DNA of 46,972 nucleotides from Chitinophagaceae bacterium (GTDB lineage Bacteria > Bacteroidota > Bacteroidia > Chitinophagales > Chitinophagaceae): positions 1 through 46,972 of the forward strand of contig JANPJW010000044.1 in the NCBI GenBank assembly GCA_031425715.1, given 5' to 3'. Made by a program: the position numbers and the translations under genes. The stretch's first letter is position 1, and the number at the start of each line of letters is the position of its first letter. Of the stretch, positions 1-9,447 are shown one piece after another. Below the pieces are notes generated by a model that saw only the letters and a list, made by a program, of their open reading frames with translations, did not search any database and was not told where the DNA came from.

Positions 1-1
1 G

Positions 2-202
2 GAGGCAGATTATTTTGGCCTGGATCTTTCGTGGAAGCTGGGTTACGACATTTGTGCCATTAGAAGTTTTTGGGATGAGATGGCAAAAGGCGAAGAGCGC
101 AATGCTATCAATGATTTTTTCAATACTCACCCTTATTCAGATACGAGGAGCAAGTGCCTGGTTGGCCATATTCAAACAAACTTTGCTATTGCCTGCAAGT
201 AG
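2..202 (+). CDS. M48 family metallopeptidase, C-terminal part (5'-truncated by the window edge)
   Basis: Frame 2 is open from the edge to TAG at 200-202 and reads EADYFGLDLSWKLGYDICAIRSFWDEMAKGEERNAINDFFNTHPYSDTRSKCL.... The EAD..G.....GYD and F.THP....R motifs are typical of M48 C-termini. Not in the ORF track. Confidence 0.75.
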   Translation, partial: EADYFGLDLSWKLGYDICAIRSFWDEMAKGEERNAINDFFNTHPYSDTRSKCLVGHIQTNFAIACK

Positions 203-414
203 AATCTTTTAGATATTTGATTCTGTAATGGTCGATGTACATTTTTTATGTTGCTTCATCCCCTGTGAATTCATGCTGGGGGATAAGGCAGGGCTTTGCT
301 GTGAATATGTTTGTACAACTCTCTTTTGTTTAGCCAGGCAATGTATATTCTGTTCGTTCTCCTTATCATTCACAAGAACAAGGTTACAGGCAAAAAACCG
401 GATCACTTTAAGCT

Positions 415-1428
415 CTATTTAGTTCCTTTCACTCTTTCAATAAATGATTTTGCAGATTGTCGGTTCCACCCGCTAAACCTGCCCCGCTGCACAGCTAAAA
501 TATTTTCGTCAGGGTAATCCAGGAAATAGTAAAATGCAAATTTGCCCCTTGGATTTTCCCAGCCCACTACCTGCCCAAACCGGAGATCGTTGAACACAAG
601 TGTATCGTTCCAATATTCAACGGTGTAAAATTCCTGTGAAAATCTTCTGAGGTTTTTTACATCAGGCCGCTCTGCCATCCCTCTTAGTAGGCTATCTCTG
701 CGGGGAAAATATTCAAAGGATATTTCTTTTTTACGGTCGAACCGGGAAAGATAACCTACATAATAGCCCGTATCGTTTCCCGCCACCACATACCAAAGCC
801 AATTTTGCAAAGGAGCGGGTGTAGTGAAAAACCTGTTGTGGCTGATGTGTTGTTTTGCCAATATTTCTCTTACTTCCAGGTTGGTATTTAATTTATTAAC
901 CAACGTATAACTCAAATAAATGAAACTCATACCCAACCCAAATTTCCACCAACTTTTTCGCTGTGCATTTTGCCTGCGTAAAATGATCAAAGCAATGCAG
1001 GCAATTAAACTCCAGATTGAAAAAAACGGATCGGCCACATAAATAGCATTGAACGACATGCGAAAATGGCTGAAAGGCTCAAACCAGCCCACTCCATAAT
1101 TATTAAAGGCATCTAAAAATATATGTATGAAAACTACTGAGCCAAAAAACAATAGCCATTTTTTAAAACTGATATTGTGGGGCCGGTGCCACTTTTCGGC
1201 CAGCCAGGCCATGACAGGGGTGATAAGCGCACAAAATAAAAGTGAATGCGTGAACCCACGATGCGTAAGAAAATTAGAAGTCGTATCTAACCAGAACGCC
1301 GCCACAAAATCAATATCTGGAATGCTCTGTGCGATGGCTCCCCACAGCATTGCTTTTTTACCTAATTTCTTTCCAGCAAAAGCCTCGCCCATACATGCTC
1401 CCAAGGCCAGGTGTGTAAGAGAGTCCAT
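415..1428 (-). CDS. Metal-dependent membrane hydrolase (YdjM/YfhP-like)
   Basis: MDSLTH, PDID, HRGFTHS, HIFLD and DLRFG motifs; several hydrophobic helices. Confidence 0.85.
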   Translation of the reverse strand: MDSLTHLALGACMGEAFAGKKLGKKAMLWGAIAQSIPDIDFVAAFWLDTTSNFLTHRGFTHSLLFCALITPVMAWLAEKWHRPHNISFKKWLLFFGSVVFIHIFLDAFNNYGVGWFEPFSHFRMSFNAIYVADPFFSIWSLIACIALIILRRQNAQRKSWWKFGLGMSFIYLSYTLVNKLNTNLEVREILAKQHISHNRFFTTPAPLQNWLWYVVAGNDTGYYVGYLSRFDRKKEISFEYFPRRDSLLRGMAERPDVKNLRRFSQEFYTVEYWNDTLVFNDLRFGQVVGWENPRGKFAFYYFLDYPDENILAVQRGRFSGWNRQSAKSFIERVKGTK

Positions 1429-1484
1429 GTTTATAAAAATTAATTATTTGATATTTATGGTGGCTGCTGAACTATTTTCTTCCG

Positions 1485-1492
1485 CAAAAATA
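1485..1492 (-). promoter_or_regulatory. Putative Bacteroidota -7 promoter element for the hydrolase gene
   Basis: Minus strand reads TATTTTTG (matches TAnnTTTG), 56 nt upstream of the ATG. No clear -33 TTTG at the canonical spacing. Confidence 0.4.
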
Positions 1493-2054
1493 ACTGAAGA
1501 CTTGCAATTGCTCAGCAGTCTTCTCAAACATCTTTGATAGCTTTCCACGGTAGGTATTAAATTCGGACCACTATCCTTGTGATAAAAAACCTATTAGGGG
1601 AAAAGTAAATTTACTTCTTCACCGATGTAATTATACGCTGTTTGAAAGACTGTTCTTTTAGAAGGTGAATATGAGTGTTATTAATCTGCTAACAATGCCT
1701 CTTCTATTTAAATCATCCTGGTGTTGAGGGTGTGAACCCTGAACTATTTTTCGAGCAAAAAATTTCGTTAGCAGAATTAATATTATGCATATGTAATGGA
1801 TACACAACCCTTAACGATTAAACAACATGATTAGCAATATTTGCTTTCGAAAATACTGCTTTGCGCACAAAATAAGTTTTAACAAATCATCGTTTTCTTT
1901 ACAACCGCCCAACCGGTAACAAGCTGAAACAACTTATTCGGAATCTCATTACTTTATCCATTCTAATCTTGTGAGGTCTAAAACAACCATGTTTTATGGC
2001 GCAAACGGCTTTTAGAAATGCATTAAATGCTTATCACCTCAAAACCCAATATTT

Positions 2055-3668
2055 ATGAAACCCAATGTCTACTCACAGGGCAAGGTTATGCTCCTTGCAT
2101 TCCTGGTCCTTACCTCCTTCAGCAATCAAAAATTAAATGCGCAACAATTTCTTACCAAGATAGATGGATGGAATGCCTATGTGCATTTACCCGATGAGTA
2201 TAATGATAGCTTGAGTAAAAGGTATCCTGTTATTATATTTTTACCTGGCATAGGGGAGTTAGGAACCAATGCATCCAAGCTGCTAGTAAATGGTCCCTCC
2301 AAATATGTTGCTGCCGGTCACAACATGCAATTCACTGTTAATGGGAAGTTAGAAAAGCCTATTGTGATCAGTCTTCAGCCAAGTGATCCATGGCCACCAA
2401 ATGCTGCTGTGTTAAACCGCAGAGTAGATTCAATTGTAAAACGATGGAGATGTGATGAACGTCGTATAAATGGTACCGGTCTGTCTGCAGGGGCATCTAG
2501 CTGGGGTACTTACGTCAGCGCCGGACCAACAGCAATGACCAACAGGCTCGCTTCCATGGTGGTTATGAGCGGGGGAGTTCCAGGCACCGGAATAAGCAGT
2601 ATTCAAAACTATATTGTCAACGGCGGAAAATGGTGGGGTTTTGAAGGCACTACAGATCCTTTGCAAATGGATATGCTGAGAGACACCTGTAACTATTACA
2701 AGGCTGCCTCTGCAAGATATTATCGTTACGCCGGCGGGCATTGCTGCTGGAATACATATTACAATCCTTCCTGGAATGAAAATGATGAAAGCATTTACAC
2801 ATGGATGCTTAAGCAAGTGAGACCAGCGGGCAGCAATGTGCCGCCAGAATCATTTGCCGGTAAAGACAGTATTTTGCCGAGTTTGGTTACTACTTTTACT
2901 TTAAAAGGAAACGGGAATGATCCGGATGGCCATCCAATAAGTTTCAGTTGGCGAAAAATCAGCGGTCCATCAACTGGAATTTTTACTACCCCTACAGCGG
3001 CACAGACAGCTGTAAATGGCTTGTCTATAGGAGTGTATAATTTTGAACTCACCGTAACCGATGTGCTTGGCTCTGTGGCAAAAGATACAGTTATGATAAA
3101 TGACGGTGCAGCAGTTTTACCTCTTACACTGCTTGATTTTAACGCAACCGAAAGAACGGGTCATATATTACTTCAGTGGAATACTAGTTCAGAACTTAAT
3201 ACCAGTCATTTTGAAGTTGAAAAACTAGGAGTAGCCCAGGTGTTTGCAAAATTTGGAGCTATTTACGCAAAGGGCGCAGGTAGCTACACCAACCGTTATC
3301 AATTCGCTGATTATCTTGCACAAGATGGAATTGTTTACTATAGGCTTAAAATGGTTGATAAAGATGGACAGTTTACCTATAGTAAAGTAATTGCTGTAAA
3401 TGTGAAGAACACCAAGATGGGTAGTCTTTCGCTTATTTCATTAAAGTCGCAAGGGACAATTTTAAATTATAATATTAGCAGCTTGAGCAACAAGCCCGCA
3501 ACCATTACCCTTTCTGACATGCAGGGGAAGTTGGTTGACCGAAGAACCATACAATTGACAACGGGATTAAATACATTAAATCATCGGATCAACGTTCAAA
3601 AAGCTATATATGTTTTGACAGTAACAACTGATGAAGCAAAATTATCACAAGCATTTACGAAGGAATAG
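2055..3668 (+). CDS. T9SS-secreted alpha/beta-hydrolase (putative carbohydrate esterase) with PKD/Ig domain and type-A CTD
   Basis: Signal peptide ending LNA-QQ; FLPGIGE oxyanion motif; GLSAG nucleophile elbow; candidate Asp (EGTTD) and His (GGHCCW); PKD-like GKD...GNDPDG..ISFSWRKISGP; LPLTLLDF domain; CTD-like end (LSDMQGKLV...IYVLTV...FTKE). Confidence 0.8.
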   Translation: MKPNVYSQGKVMLLAFLVLTSFSNQKLNAQQFLTKIDGWNAYVHLPDEYNDSLSKRYPVIIFLPGIGELGTNASKLLVNGPSKYVAAGHNMQFTVNGKLEKPIVISLQPSDPWPPNAAVLNRRVDSIVKRWRCDERRINGTGLSAGASSWGTYVSAGPTAMTNRLASMVVMSGGVPGTGISSIQNYIVNGGKWWGFEGTTDPLQMDMLRDTCNYYKAASARYYRYAGGHCCWNTYYNPSWNENDESIYTWMLKQVRPAGSNVPPESFAGKDSILPSLVTTFTLKGNGNDPDGHPISFSWRKISGPSTGIFTTPTAAQTAVNGLSIGVYNFELTVTDVLGSVAKDTVMINDGAAVLPLTLLDFNATERTGHILLQWNTSSELNTSHFEVEKLGVAQVFAKFGAIYAKGAGSYTNRYQFADYLAQDGIVYYRLKMVDKDGQFTYSKVIAVNVKNTKMGSLSLISLKSQGTILNYNISSLSNKPATITLSDMQGKLVDRRTIQLTTGLNTLNHRINVQKAIYVLTVTTDEAKLSQAFTKE

Positions 3669-3683
3669 TTTTGAGTACATAAT

Positions 3684-3727
3684 AAAAGGGAAGCTGGATG
3701 TTTAACTATTCAGCTTCCCTTTTTTTT
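3684..3727. terminator. Bidirectional intrinsic terminator between convergent genes
   Basis: AAAAGGGAAGCTGGAT-gtttaact-ATTCAGCTTCCCTTTT(TTTT): a 16-bp stem with one G.U pair, flanked by A and T tracts. Confidence 0.85.
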
Positions 3728-4842
3728 ATGCTGATATCTGTAACAAGCCCGTAGTGATCGCTGCCGCTTGAGAGAATTCGTTTTGTTTGAATAGTTTCAA
3801 AATGTTTGCTTATGAGAATATAGTCTATTCTCAGAGTGGGCGAAATATGTTTGAAAGTTCTCCCAATACCAGCACCCTTCCTTAGCCAAACGTCTTCTCT
3901 GTGCTTTTTTAAAGTGGCATAGGCAAATCCTGTAGGAACATCGTTTAGGTCTCCTGCAAATACTGACGGGCGCTTGCTATTTTTCAGTTCAGTTGCTACA
4001 ATATTCACCTGCCCGCTTCTTTCCGTAAAGCCAATTTTTAATTTTTTTATGATGCTTGCAGTTCCCCGAATCATGGGATCGGAAACTTTTTTAATTTTAT
4101 TAATTGTTTCATACTCATCCTGACCAAAATTTACACTTCTTAACCTACTGGTGAAAATATCAATGGTATCCCTGCCAGTAGAGATAGTTGTTTTTAACAG
4201 TGCACCAAAATGTGAATCTGAGAAAGCGGAGCGGTTACTATCGATTATTTTATGCTTGCTGTAAATGACATTGCCACTAAAATATTGGTTTGCGAAGTAT
4301 GGAATGTCCCTGGAAAAATAATAATATGGGTATCCTATCGTTTTAGAGATGGAATCAAGAAAATTGTATTTGGTACCCGGCACAACTGCTGTGAAAAATT
4401 CCTGAAGACAAATTACATCTGCATCCAAAGCCTTCAGTTGCTTTATAATTGCTGCATTGTTCGCTTCAGCAATGGTGGGGTTAGCAGCCGTTAAATTTAG
4501 TAAGCCCACGTTCCAGGTTATGACTCTTAAACTGCCTGTGGGTTTAGAGTTCTTAAACTGAGGTACATCATTTATGGCAAATGAATTAAGTAATGAAGGG
4601 ATGCTTAGCAACATTGGAATGGCGAAAGCAAAGGCCTGGCGTGGCCTTATGAAAATCCATGCACAGAAAAAAATAGATGTAATACAAAATAGCACCGGGA
4701 AGATAAGGGATAGCAATGATATGACCCACCAGGCGTAAGAATTCAGGAAGCCCGCCAAGTTGCTCAGTGTTAAGAGGAGGGCAGTAAAAATTCCTGCAAC
4801 AAAAAAAATCCTTCGGAATAACGAAACTAAATTTTTGTTCAA
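3706..4842 (-). CDS. Membrane-anchored endonuclease/exonuclease/phosphatase (EEP) family protein
   Basis: N-terminal TM helices; TWN, CLQE, GDLND, RIDYI and SDH motifs. Confidence 0.85.
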   Translation of the reverse strand: MNKNLVSLFRRIFFVAGIFTALLLTLSNLAGFLNSYAWWVISLLSLIFPVLFCITSIFFCAWIFIRPRQAFAFAIPMLLSIPSLLNSFAINDVPQFKNSKPTGSLRVITWNVGLLNLTAANPTIAEANNAAIIKQLKALDADVICLQEFFTAVVPGTKYNFLDSISKTIGYPYYYFSRDIPYFANQYFSGNVIYSKHKIIDSNRSAFSDSHFGALLKTTISTGRDTIDIFTSRLRSVNFGQDEYETINKIKKVSDPMIRGTASIIKKLKIGFTERSGQVNIVATELKNSKRPSVFAGDLNDVPTGFAYATLKKHREDVWLRKGAGIGRTFKHISPTLRIDYILISKHFETIQTKRILSSGSDHYGLVTDISIKKREAE

Positions 4843-5136
4843 TACTTGAATGTTAGTTAAAAAGAACCGTTGGTTATGTGTAAAAGCTACTGTTAAAACT
4901 AAACAGAAAAATTTGATTGTAACGAATCATGCCTTGTTAACAAAGGAACCAGCCAGGCAAAACAAGATGGTATCTGTAAAAGCCCTGGCAGACGACAACT
5001 GATTTTGAAAATAGTACTGGATTTGCTATTTTGACTATTAAATAATTTACTCATTCAAAGGCATTTGCCTATTTTTATACTTATAACCCTGATTCTTCTC
5101 ATTTTACCAAAACAAATAATAATTTTTAGCTCCCTT

Positions 5137-5862
5137 ATGGAACATTTCAAAAATCTTTCGATAGTTATACCTGTATACAATGAAGGAAAAACTATCCATC
5201 TCATTCTTGATAAAATTGATAAGGTTGAGTTGCTAAATCAAATTCAAAAAGAAATTATCATTGTTAATGACTGTTCTACCGATGATACGGAAGATGCCAT
5301 ACAAAGCTACCAGCGACTTCATCCTCATTTGAACATGCAGTATTTTAAGCATGAGGTTAATAAAGGAAAGGGCGCTGCTCTGCACACAGGCATTAGTAAA
5401 GCCACCGGGGAGTATCTCGTTATTCAGGATGCAGATCTTGAGTATGACCCCTTTGAGTACAATGATCTTCTCAGGCCAGTTTTGAATGGATCGGCTGATA
5501 TAGTGTATGGCTCCCGTTTTATGGGTGGAAATGCTCACCGTGTGTTATTTTTCTGGCATACTATAGGCAATAAATTTCTTACAACGCTTTCAAACATGTT
5601 CGGAAATTTAAATCTCACCGATATGGAAACCTGCTATAAATTGTTCAGCACTCCCTTAATACAGGCTATTCCGTTAAAAGAAAGAAGATTTGGGTTTGAG
5701 CCCGAAGTGACGGCAAAAATAGCCAGGGTAAAAGGTGCCCGCATTTATGAGGTGGGAATTTCTTACTATGGAAGAACTTTTGAAGAAGGCAAAAAAATTG
5801 GTTGGAAGGATGGCGTGCGAGCCCTTTGGTGCATTTTAAAATACAATATTTGGGATAAGTAG
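5137..5862 (+). CDS. GT2 polyprenol-phosphate glycosyltransferase (DPM1/GtrB-like)
   Basis: SIVIPVYNE, NDCSTD, GKGAA, QDADLEYDP, GSRF, TDMETCYK, FGFEPE and EGKKIGWKDG motifs. The ATG at 5137 is preferred over the TTG at 5065. Confidence 0.9.
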   Translation: MEHFKNLSIVIPVYNEGKTIHLILDKIDKVELLNQIQKEIIIVNDCSTDDTEDAIQSYQRLHPHLNMQYFKHEVNKGKGAALHTGISKATGEYLVIQDADLEYDPFEYNDLLRPVLNGSADIVYGSRFMGGNAHRVLFFWHTIGNKFLTTLSNMFGNLNLTDMETCYKLFSTPLIQAIPLKERRFGFEPEVTAKIARVKGARIYEVGISYYGRTFEEGKKIGWKDGVRALWCILKYNIWDK

Positions 5863-5863
5863 C

Positions 5864-6607
5864 ATGAGCAATTATAAATTTGTTTTTAAGGAAAATGATG
5901 AAGAGGGGCTTAATACACTAAAGGCTATTGCAGAAACCCACCAGTTTAATAAATGGATGTACCAGGCCATTAAGCCTTATCTGAAAGGAGAAATTCTAGA
6001 AATTGGCAGCGGCATCGGAAACATCACCCAGTACGTTATGGATGATAAGTTCTCTATAACCGCAAGTGATATTCGTGAAAATTATTGCAGTATTCTCCAG
6101 GAGCGCTTTCAGGACAATCCCTATCTGATTGAAGTGAGAAATATTGACATCGTACATTCCGACTTTGATTTTGAATACCAGGATATGTTTGAAAAATTTG
6201 ATTGCATTTTTGCATTAAATGCAATTGAACACATTGAAAACGACAACCTTGCTGTCTTGAACTGCAAAAAACTTTTAAAGGCAAATGGGCGGATCATCGT
6301 GCTGGTTCCGGCGTTTCAAAGATTATACAATAGTTTCGATAAAGAGTTACATCACTTTCGACGCTACACAAAATTAACACTAGGGCGTCTTCTTATCCAT
6401 TCAGGATTCAACATTCTTAAAACCGAATATTTTAACATCGCTGGCATTTTTGGCTGGTGGTTTTCGGGAACACTGTTGAAGAATAAAGTATTGCCACCGG
6501 GTCATTTGTTTTTATTTAACCGGCTGGTGCCACTCTTTAAAATTGCAGATAAGCTTACAGTAAAGAAAATGGGCTTGTCAGTGATTGCAGTAGCAGGGAA
6601 AAAGTAA
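5864..6607 (+). CDS. Class I SAM-dependent methyltransferase
   Basis: ILEIGSGIG, NAIEHI and VPA...HHFRRY motifs; starts 1 nt after the GT2 stop. Confidence 0.85.
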   Translation: MSNYKFVFKENDEEGLNTLKAIAETHQFNKWMYQAIKPYLKGEILEIGSGIGNITQYVMDDKFSITASDIRENYCSILQERFQDNPYLIEVRNIDIVHSDFDFEYQDMFEKFDCIFALNAIEHIENDNLAVLNCKKLLKANGRIIVLVPAFQRLYNSFDKELHHFRRYTKLTLGRLLIHSGFNILKTEYFNIAGIFGWWFSGTLLKNKVLPPGHLFLFNRLVPLFKIADKLTVKKMGLSVIAVAGKK

Positions 6608-6621
6608 AAAGTAAAATAGTT

Positions 6622-7929
6622 ATGGCGGACTTAGCAAATTTGCATACGCAGCATAATCCGAAATTAGGGATAGCAAAAATATTGCTATTTGTATTGATTG
6701 CTCTTTATTTCGTTTTTTGTTTTACTCCCCTTAGACTTCATTACGATACGATCAGGTATTTTGCTATAAAGGATTGTCTCGAACTTGGTTGTCCTCCACA
6801 ATCTGATGCTGCCAAAGATTTCTTTCCTTTCGGTTATACTGCCTTCTTACTTATTTTTTCTAAACTTGGTATACTTAATTCCTTTTCTATTGTTTTTATA
6901 AATGCACTTTATTTATTGGGTGGACTTGTGTTTATTTATAAAGTTTTTGAAAAAAAAATAACACCGGCTTTCCTATTTGTACTCGTACTTTCTAATTGGC
7001 TTTTCATAAAATTCGTGGCTCATCCCCTGTCAGAGATGCAATATGTTTTTTTATCTATGGCCTCTATTTATTATTTTAACAAGTACGCCCAAAGTAAAAA
7101 AATACCATTTTTGTTGCTGGCCGTTTTTTTAAGTTGGCTGGCGTTGCAAACAAGAACAGTTGGAATATCTTTGGTTGCAGCCATTGGTGCAGGTTTTATA
7201 TGGGAGTATAAAGACTCCATGGTCTTGTTTTTGAGAAGGAATAAAATTCTTGTTGCTGGTATTATCGTTTCAGTGATAGCTGCCGTAATAATTTTCGCTA
7301 AAGAACTTGGTATTCAGCACTACTTAGGTGTTTTTACCACTCATTTAAAGCAAACATCTTTTGCTACAAGGTTGGCCTGGCATTTTACAGAATGGGGCGA
7401 AGTGTTGTTAAATATGCCTTCTGGTAAAGCTATTGAGAAGCTTCCTTTGCAGCTTGGCTCGGCATTATTTATCATTGTTGGGATTGTTTTCTTTATTTGG
7501 TTTTGTATTACATTTTTTATCAAAAAGAATAGCATTCCCTTTTTCTTAAAAGCCTACCTGTTTTTTTACTTTGTTATCATTTTCAACTGGCCCTTTGCTG
7601 ATCCCCGTTTTTGGGTTCCCGTGGTTCCCATTATTGTAATTGTAGTATTACAATCATCACTTGATAAAATTAAGAGGATGAAAATTATTACTTCTTTATT
7701 TTTATTATTTTATATTTTGATGGGTGCTCTTTCTGCTTTTTTTATGATCTACTCTTCTTTCAACAAGGAGTTTCTTGCAAAAACGCAGGCCAATGGTGTT
7801 TACAGGAAAGAATATGAAATGCACTTCTTTGGCAAAGTTGCCCAAGATACCTCTGCCAAAGCTACTCATGCGGATTCAACCAATGTGATAAATGCTTCCA
7901 TTGTAGACCTACTTAAAAGGCATGATTGA
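6622..7929 (+). CDS. Multi-TM membrane protein, putative GT-C (lipid-donor) glycosyltransferase
   Basis: About 10-11 TM helices; early acidic loop (HYDTIRY), FPFGY, LSE, RTVG and a late PRFWVP motif, as in PMT/ArnT-like proteins. Confidence 0.6.
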   Translation: MADLANLHTQHNPKLGIAKILLFVLIALYFVFCFTPLRLHYDTIRYFAIKDCLELGCPPQSDAAKDFFPFGYTAFLLIFSKLGILNSFSIVFINALYLLGGLVFIYKVFEKKITPAFLFVLVLSNWLFIKFVAHPLSEMQYVFLSMASIYYFNKYAQSKKIPFLLLAVFLSWLALQTRTVGISLVAAIGAGFIWEYKDSMVLFLRRNKILVAGIIVSVIAAVIIFAKELGIQHYLGVFTTHLKQTSFATRLAWHFTEWGEVLLNMPSGKAIEKLPLQLGSALFIIVGIVFFIWFCITFFIKKNSIPFFLKAYLFFYFVIIFNWPFADPRFWVPVVPIIVIVVLQSSLDKIKRMKIITSLFLLFYILMGALSAFFMIYSSFNKEFLAKTQANGVYRKEYEMHFFGKVAQDTSAKATHADSTNVINASIVDLLKRHD

Positions 7930-7947
7930 ATACGCTAACTTAAATTG

Positions 7948-9054
7948 TTATTGCGGTGTTTTGTGGATGAGGCGTCTCTGCCGGATACCTTCAATTTTAT
8001 TAGTGACGAGTTTGTTCAACGCAATCGAAAATAGAACTGTAATTATGGTCAAAACCAGCCCTAAGTATTGATCAGGGAATATGTTCAAGTCATTTAGCCA
8101 GGTTAAGAGTAATATGTGGGAAATGTATATCGGGTAGGATAGATCACCAATCCTTGAATCTCTCTTCCACTTTTTAGACAGTAGGAAAACAAATGGCAAA
8201 CAAACAAAAAATACAACTAAATAAGAAGGATGCTTTAAGGCAAAGAGGCTTGCAGGCACCTGTATGAAACTAAAAAAGAGGGTTAATGCAAGGAGTCCGC
8301 CAAATATAATCTTAAGATAAAGGGGCTGTATCTTAAGATCTTTTATTTTTAGGTAAGCATGATACGCAACGGTTCCCAGCATAAAGAACAATAGTTCTGT
8401 AGGGAAAAACCTATATGACCAGGGATCATTAACTAACCCGTAATGTCTCAGTACAAGGCGAAGTAAAAGTGATGCTAAAATTAGTGCACTAATAATTTTT
8501 AAATTTTTGGTTACCAGGAATGGCGCAATCAAATAAAAAGTAATTTCCATACCAATGGTCCATGCCTGGGGAACTATCAAAAACATATTTACATAAGGAT
8601 TAGTTTGATGGAAATCCGTTGTAAAGAAAAATTGTCCCGTTGATGTATCTAATCCCAGAAAAAACAGAACATCCTGCAAAAAAAGAAAGCTGTTTGTAAA
8701 AATTAGGAATACGAGGCTACCTACTCCCATGGAGTTATAATACTTCATATAGTTACTCAATATGCCGTAATTGGTGCTCTCAGAATATGCCATAATTACC
8801 AGGGCATAAATTATGGTAATAACAAACACAATCCAGTAGATGGGATAAAGTCTCAAAAATCTGTTGGTGATAAATAATTTATAAGATTTATTTACGCCAA
8901 TATATTTTTCCTTTAAGATTAGCGTCATGTAAAACCCGGATATTATATAAAACGCCTGTACTGCAGTCTGGCCGCCTACAAAGCCAAACCCGAGAATGGG
9001 ACTAGAGTGAAAAAGAACTACTGATACGGCAAGGATAAAACGCAATATTCCCAT
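7948..9054 (-). CDS. Acyltransferase family 3 (OafA-like) O-acyltransferase
   Basis: LRFILA.SVVLFH, AVQAFYIISGF, RFLRLYPIYW, WTIGMEITFY and GDLSYPIYISH motifs. Confidence 0.9.
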   Translation of the reverse strand: MGILRFILAVSVVLFHSSPILGFGFVGGQTAVQAFYIISGFYMTLILKEKYIGVNKSYKLFITNRFLRLYPIYWIVFVITIIYALVIMAYSESTNYGILSNYMKYYNSMGVGSLVFLIFTNSFLFLQDVLFFLGLDTSTGQFFFTTDFHQTNPYVNMFLIVPQAWTIGMEITFYLIAPFLVTKNLKIISALILASLLLRLVLRHYGLVNDPWSYRFFPTELLFFMLGTVAYHAYLKIKDLKIQPLYLKIIFGGLLALTLFFSFIQVPASLFALKHPSYLVVFFVCLPFVFLLSKKWKRDSRIGDLSYPIYISHILLLTWLNDLNIFPDQYLGLVLTIITVLFSIALNKLVTNKIEGIRQRRLIHKTPQ

Positions 9055-9447
9055 AATTTTTTAACAGTTTAAGATTGGCTACCAGGAGCACCTCTAAGCC
9101 CGAAATTTACATGTTATTTGTTTACGCAAAATAGGTAATCGAAATCGTTTTGGTTAGGTTATGCTACTTCTAATAAGGTTTACTGGTATTAGTTATTTAT
9201 AAACATAGCTATTTTTTCTTAATGTTTAAACCTTTTTGAACTGTAAAACATCCTTGTCGATTCTTTGGGAAAGTTGCAAAATAGAAATTTGGTTTTTTGT
9301 ATCACAAAATTATGTAGCTGTCTTAATTAAAATTGCCAACCACTTTTCCCTGAGAAAAAAATTTAAAGTAATATGCATGATGGCAACTTATATAGGGCTA
9401 TAAATGCATATATTTAGAAAAATATTTTAACCAAAATTAAGCTGTAG

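Noticed and set aside
258-284. Imperfect inverted repeat ATCCCC-TGTGAATTCATG-CT-GGGGGAT between convergent genes (REP-like or terminator)
   Set aside because: Single copy in the window, imperfect, and with no T tract, so it cannot be called.
15-517. Short ORFs 15-212, 209-406, 228-422 and 311-517
   Set aside because: No recognisable motifs. The real coding frame at the left edge is frame 2 (M48 peptidase, ending at 202), and the others overlap each other or the hydrolase gene.
1911-2010. Resemblance to a c-di-GMP-I (GEMM) riboswitch (GAAA loop, CTAA...TATGG, GGCGCAAAC)
   Set aside because: The elements are in the wrong order and the stems do not close properly; an Rfam search would be needed.
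5065-5136. Upstream TTG extension of the GT2
   Set aside because: Family homology begins just after the ATG at 5137; the extension is AT-rich intergenic-like sequence.
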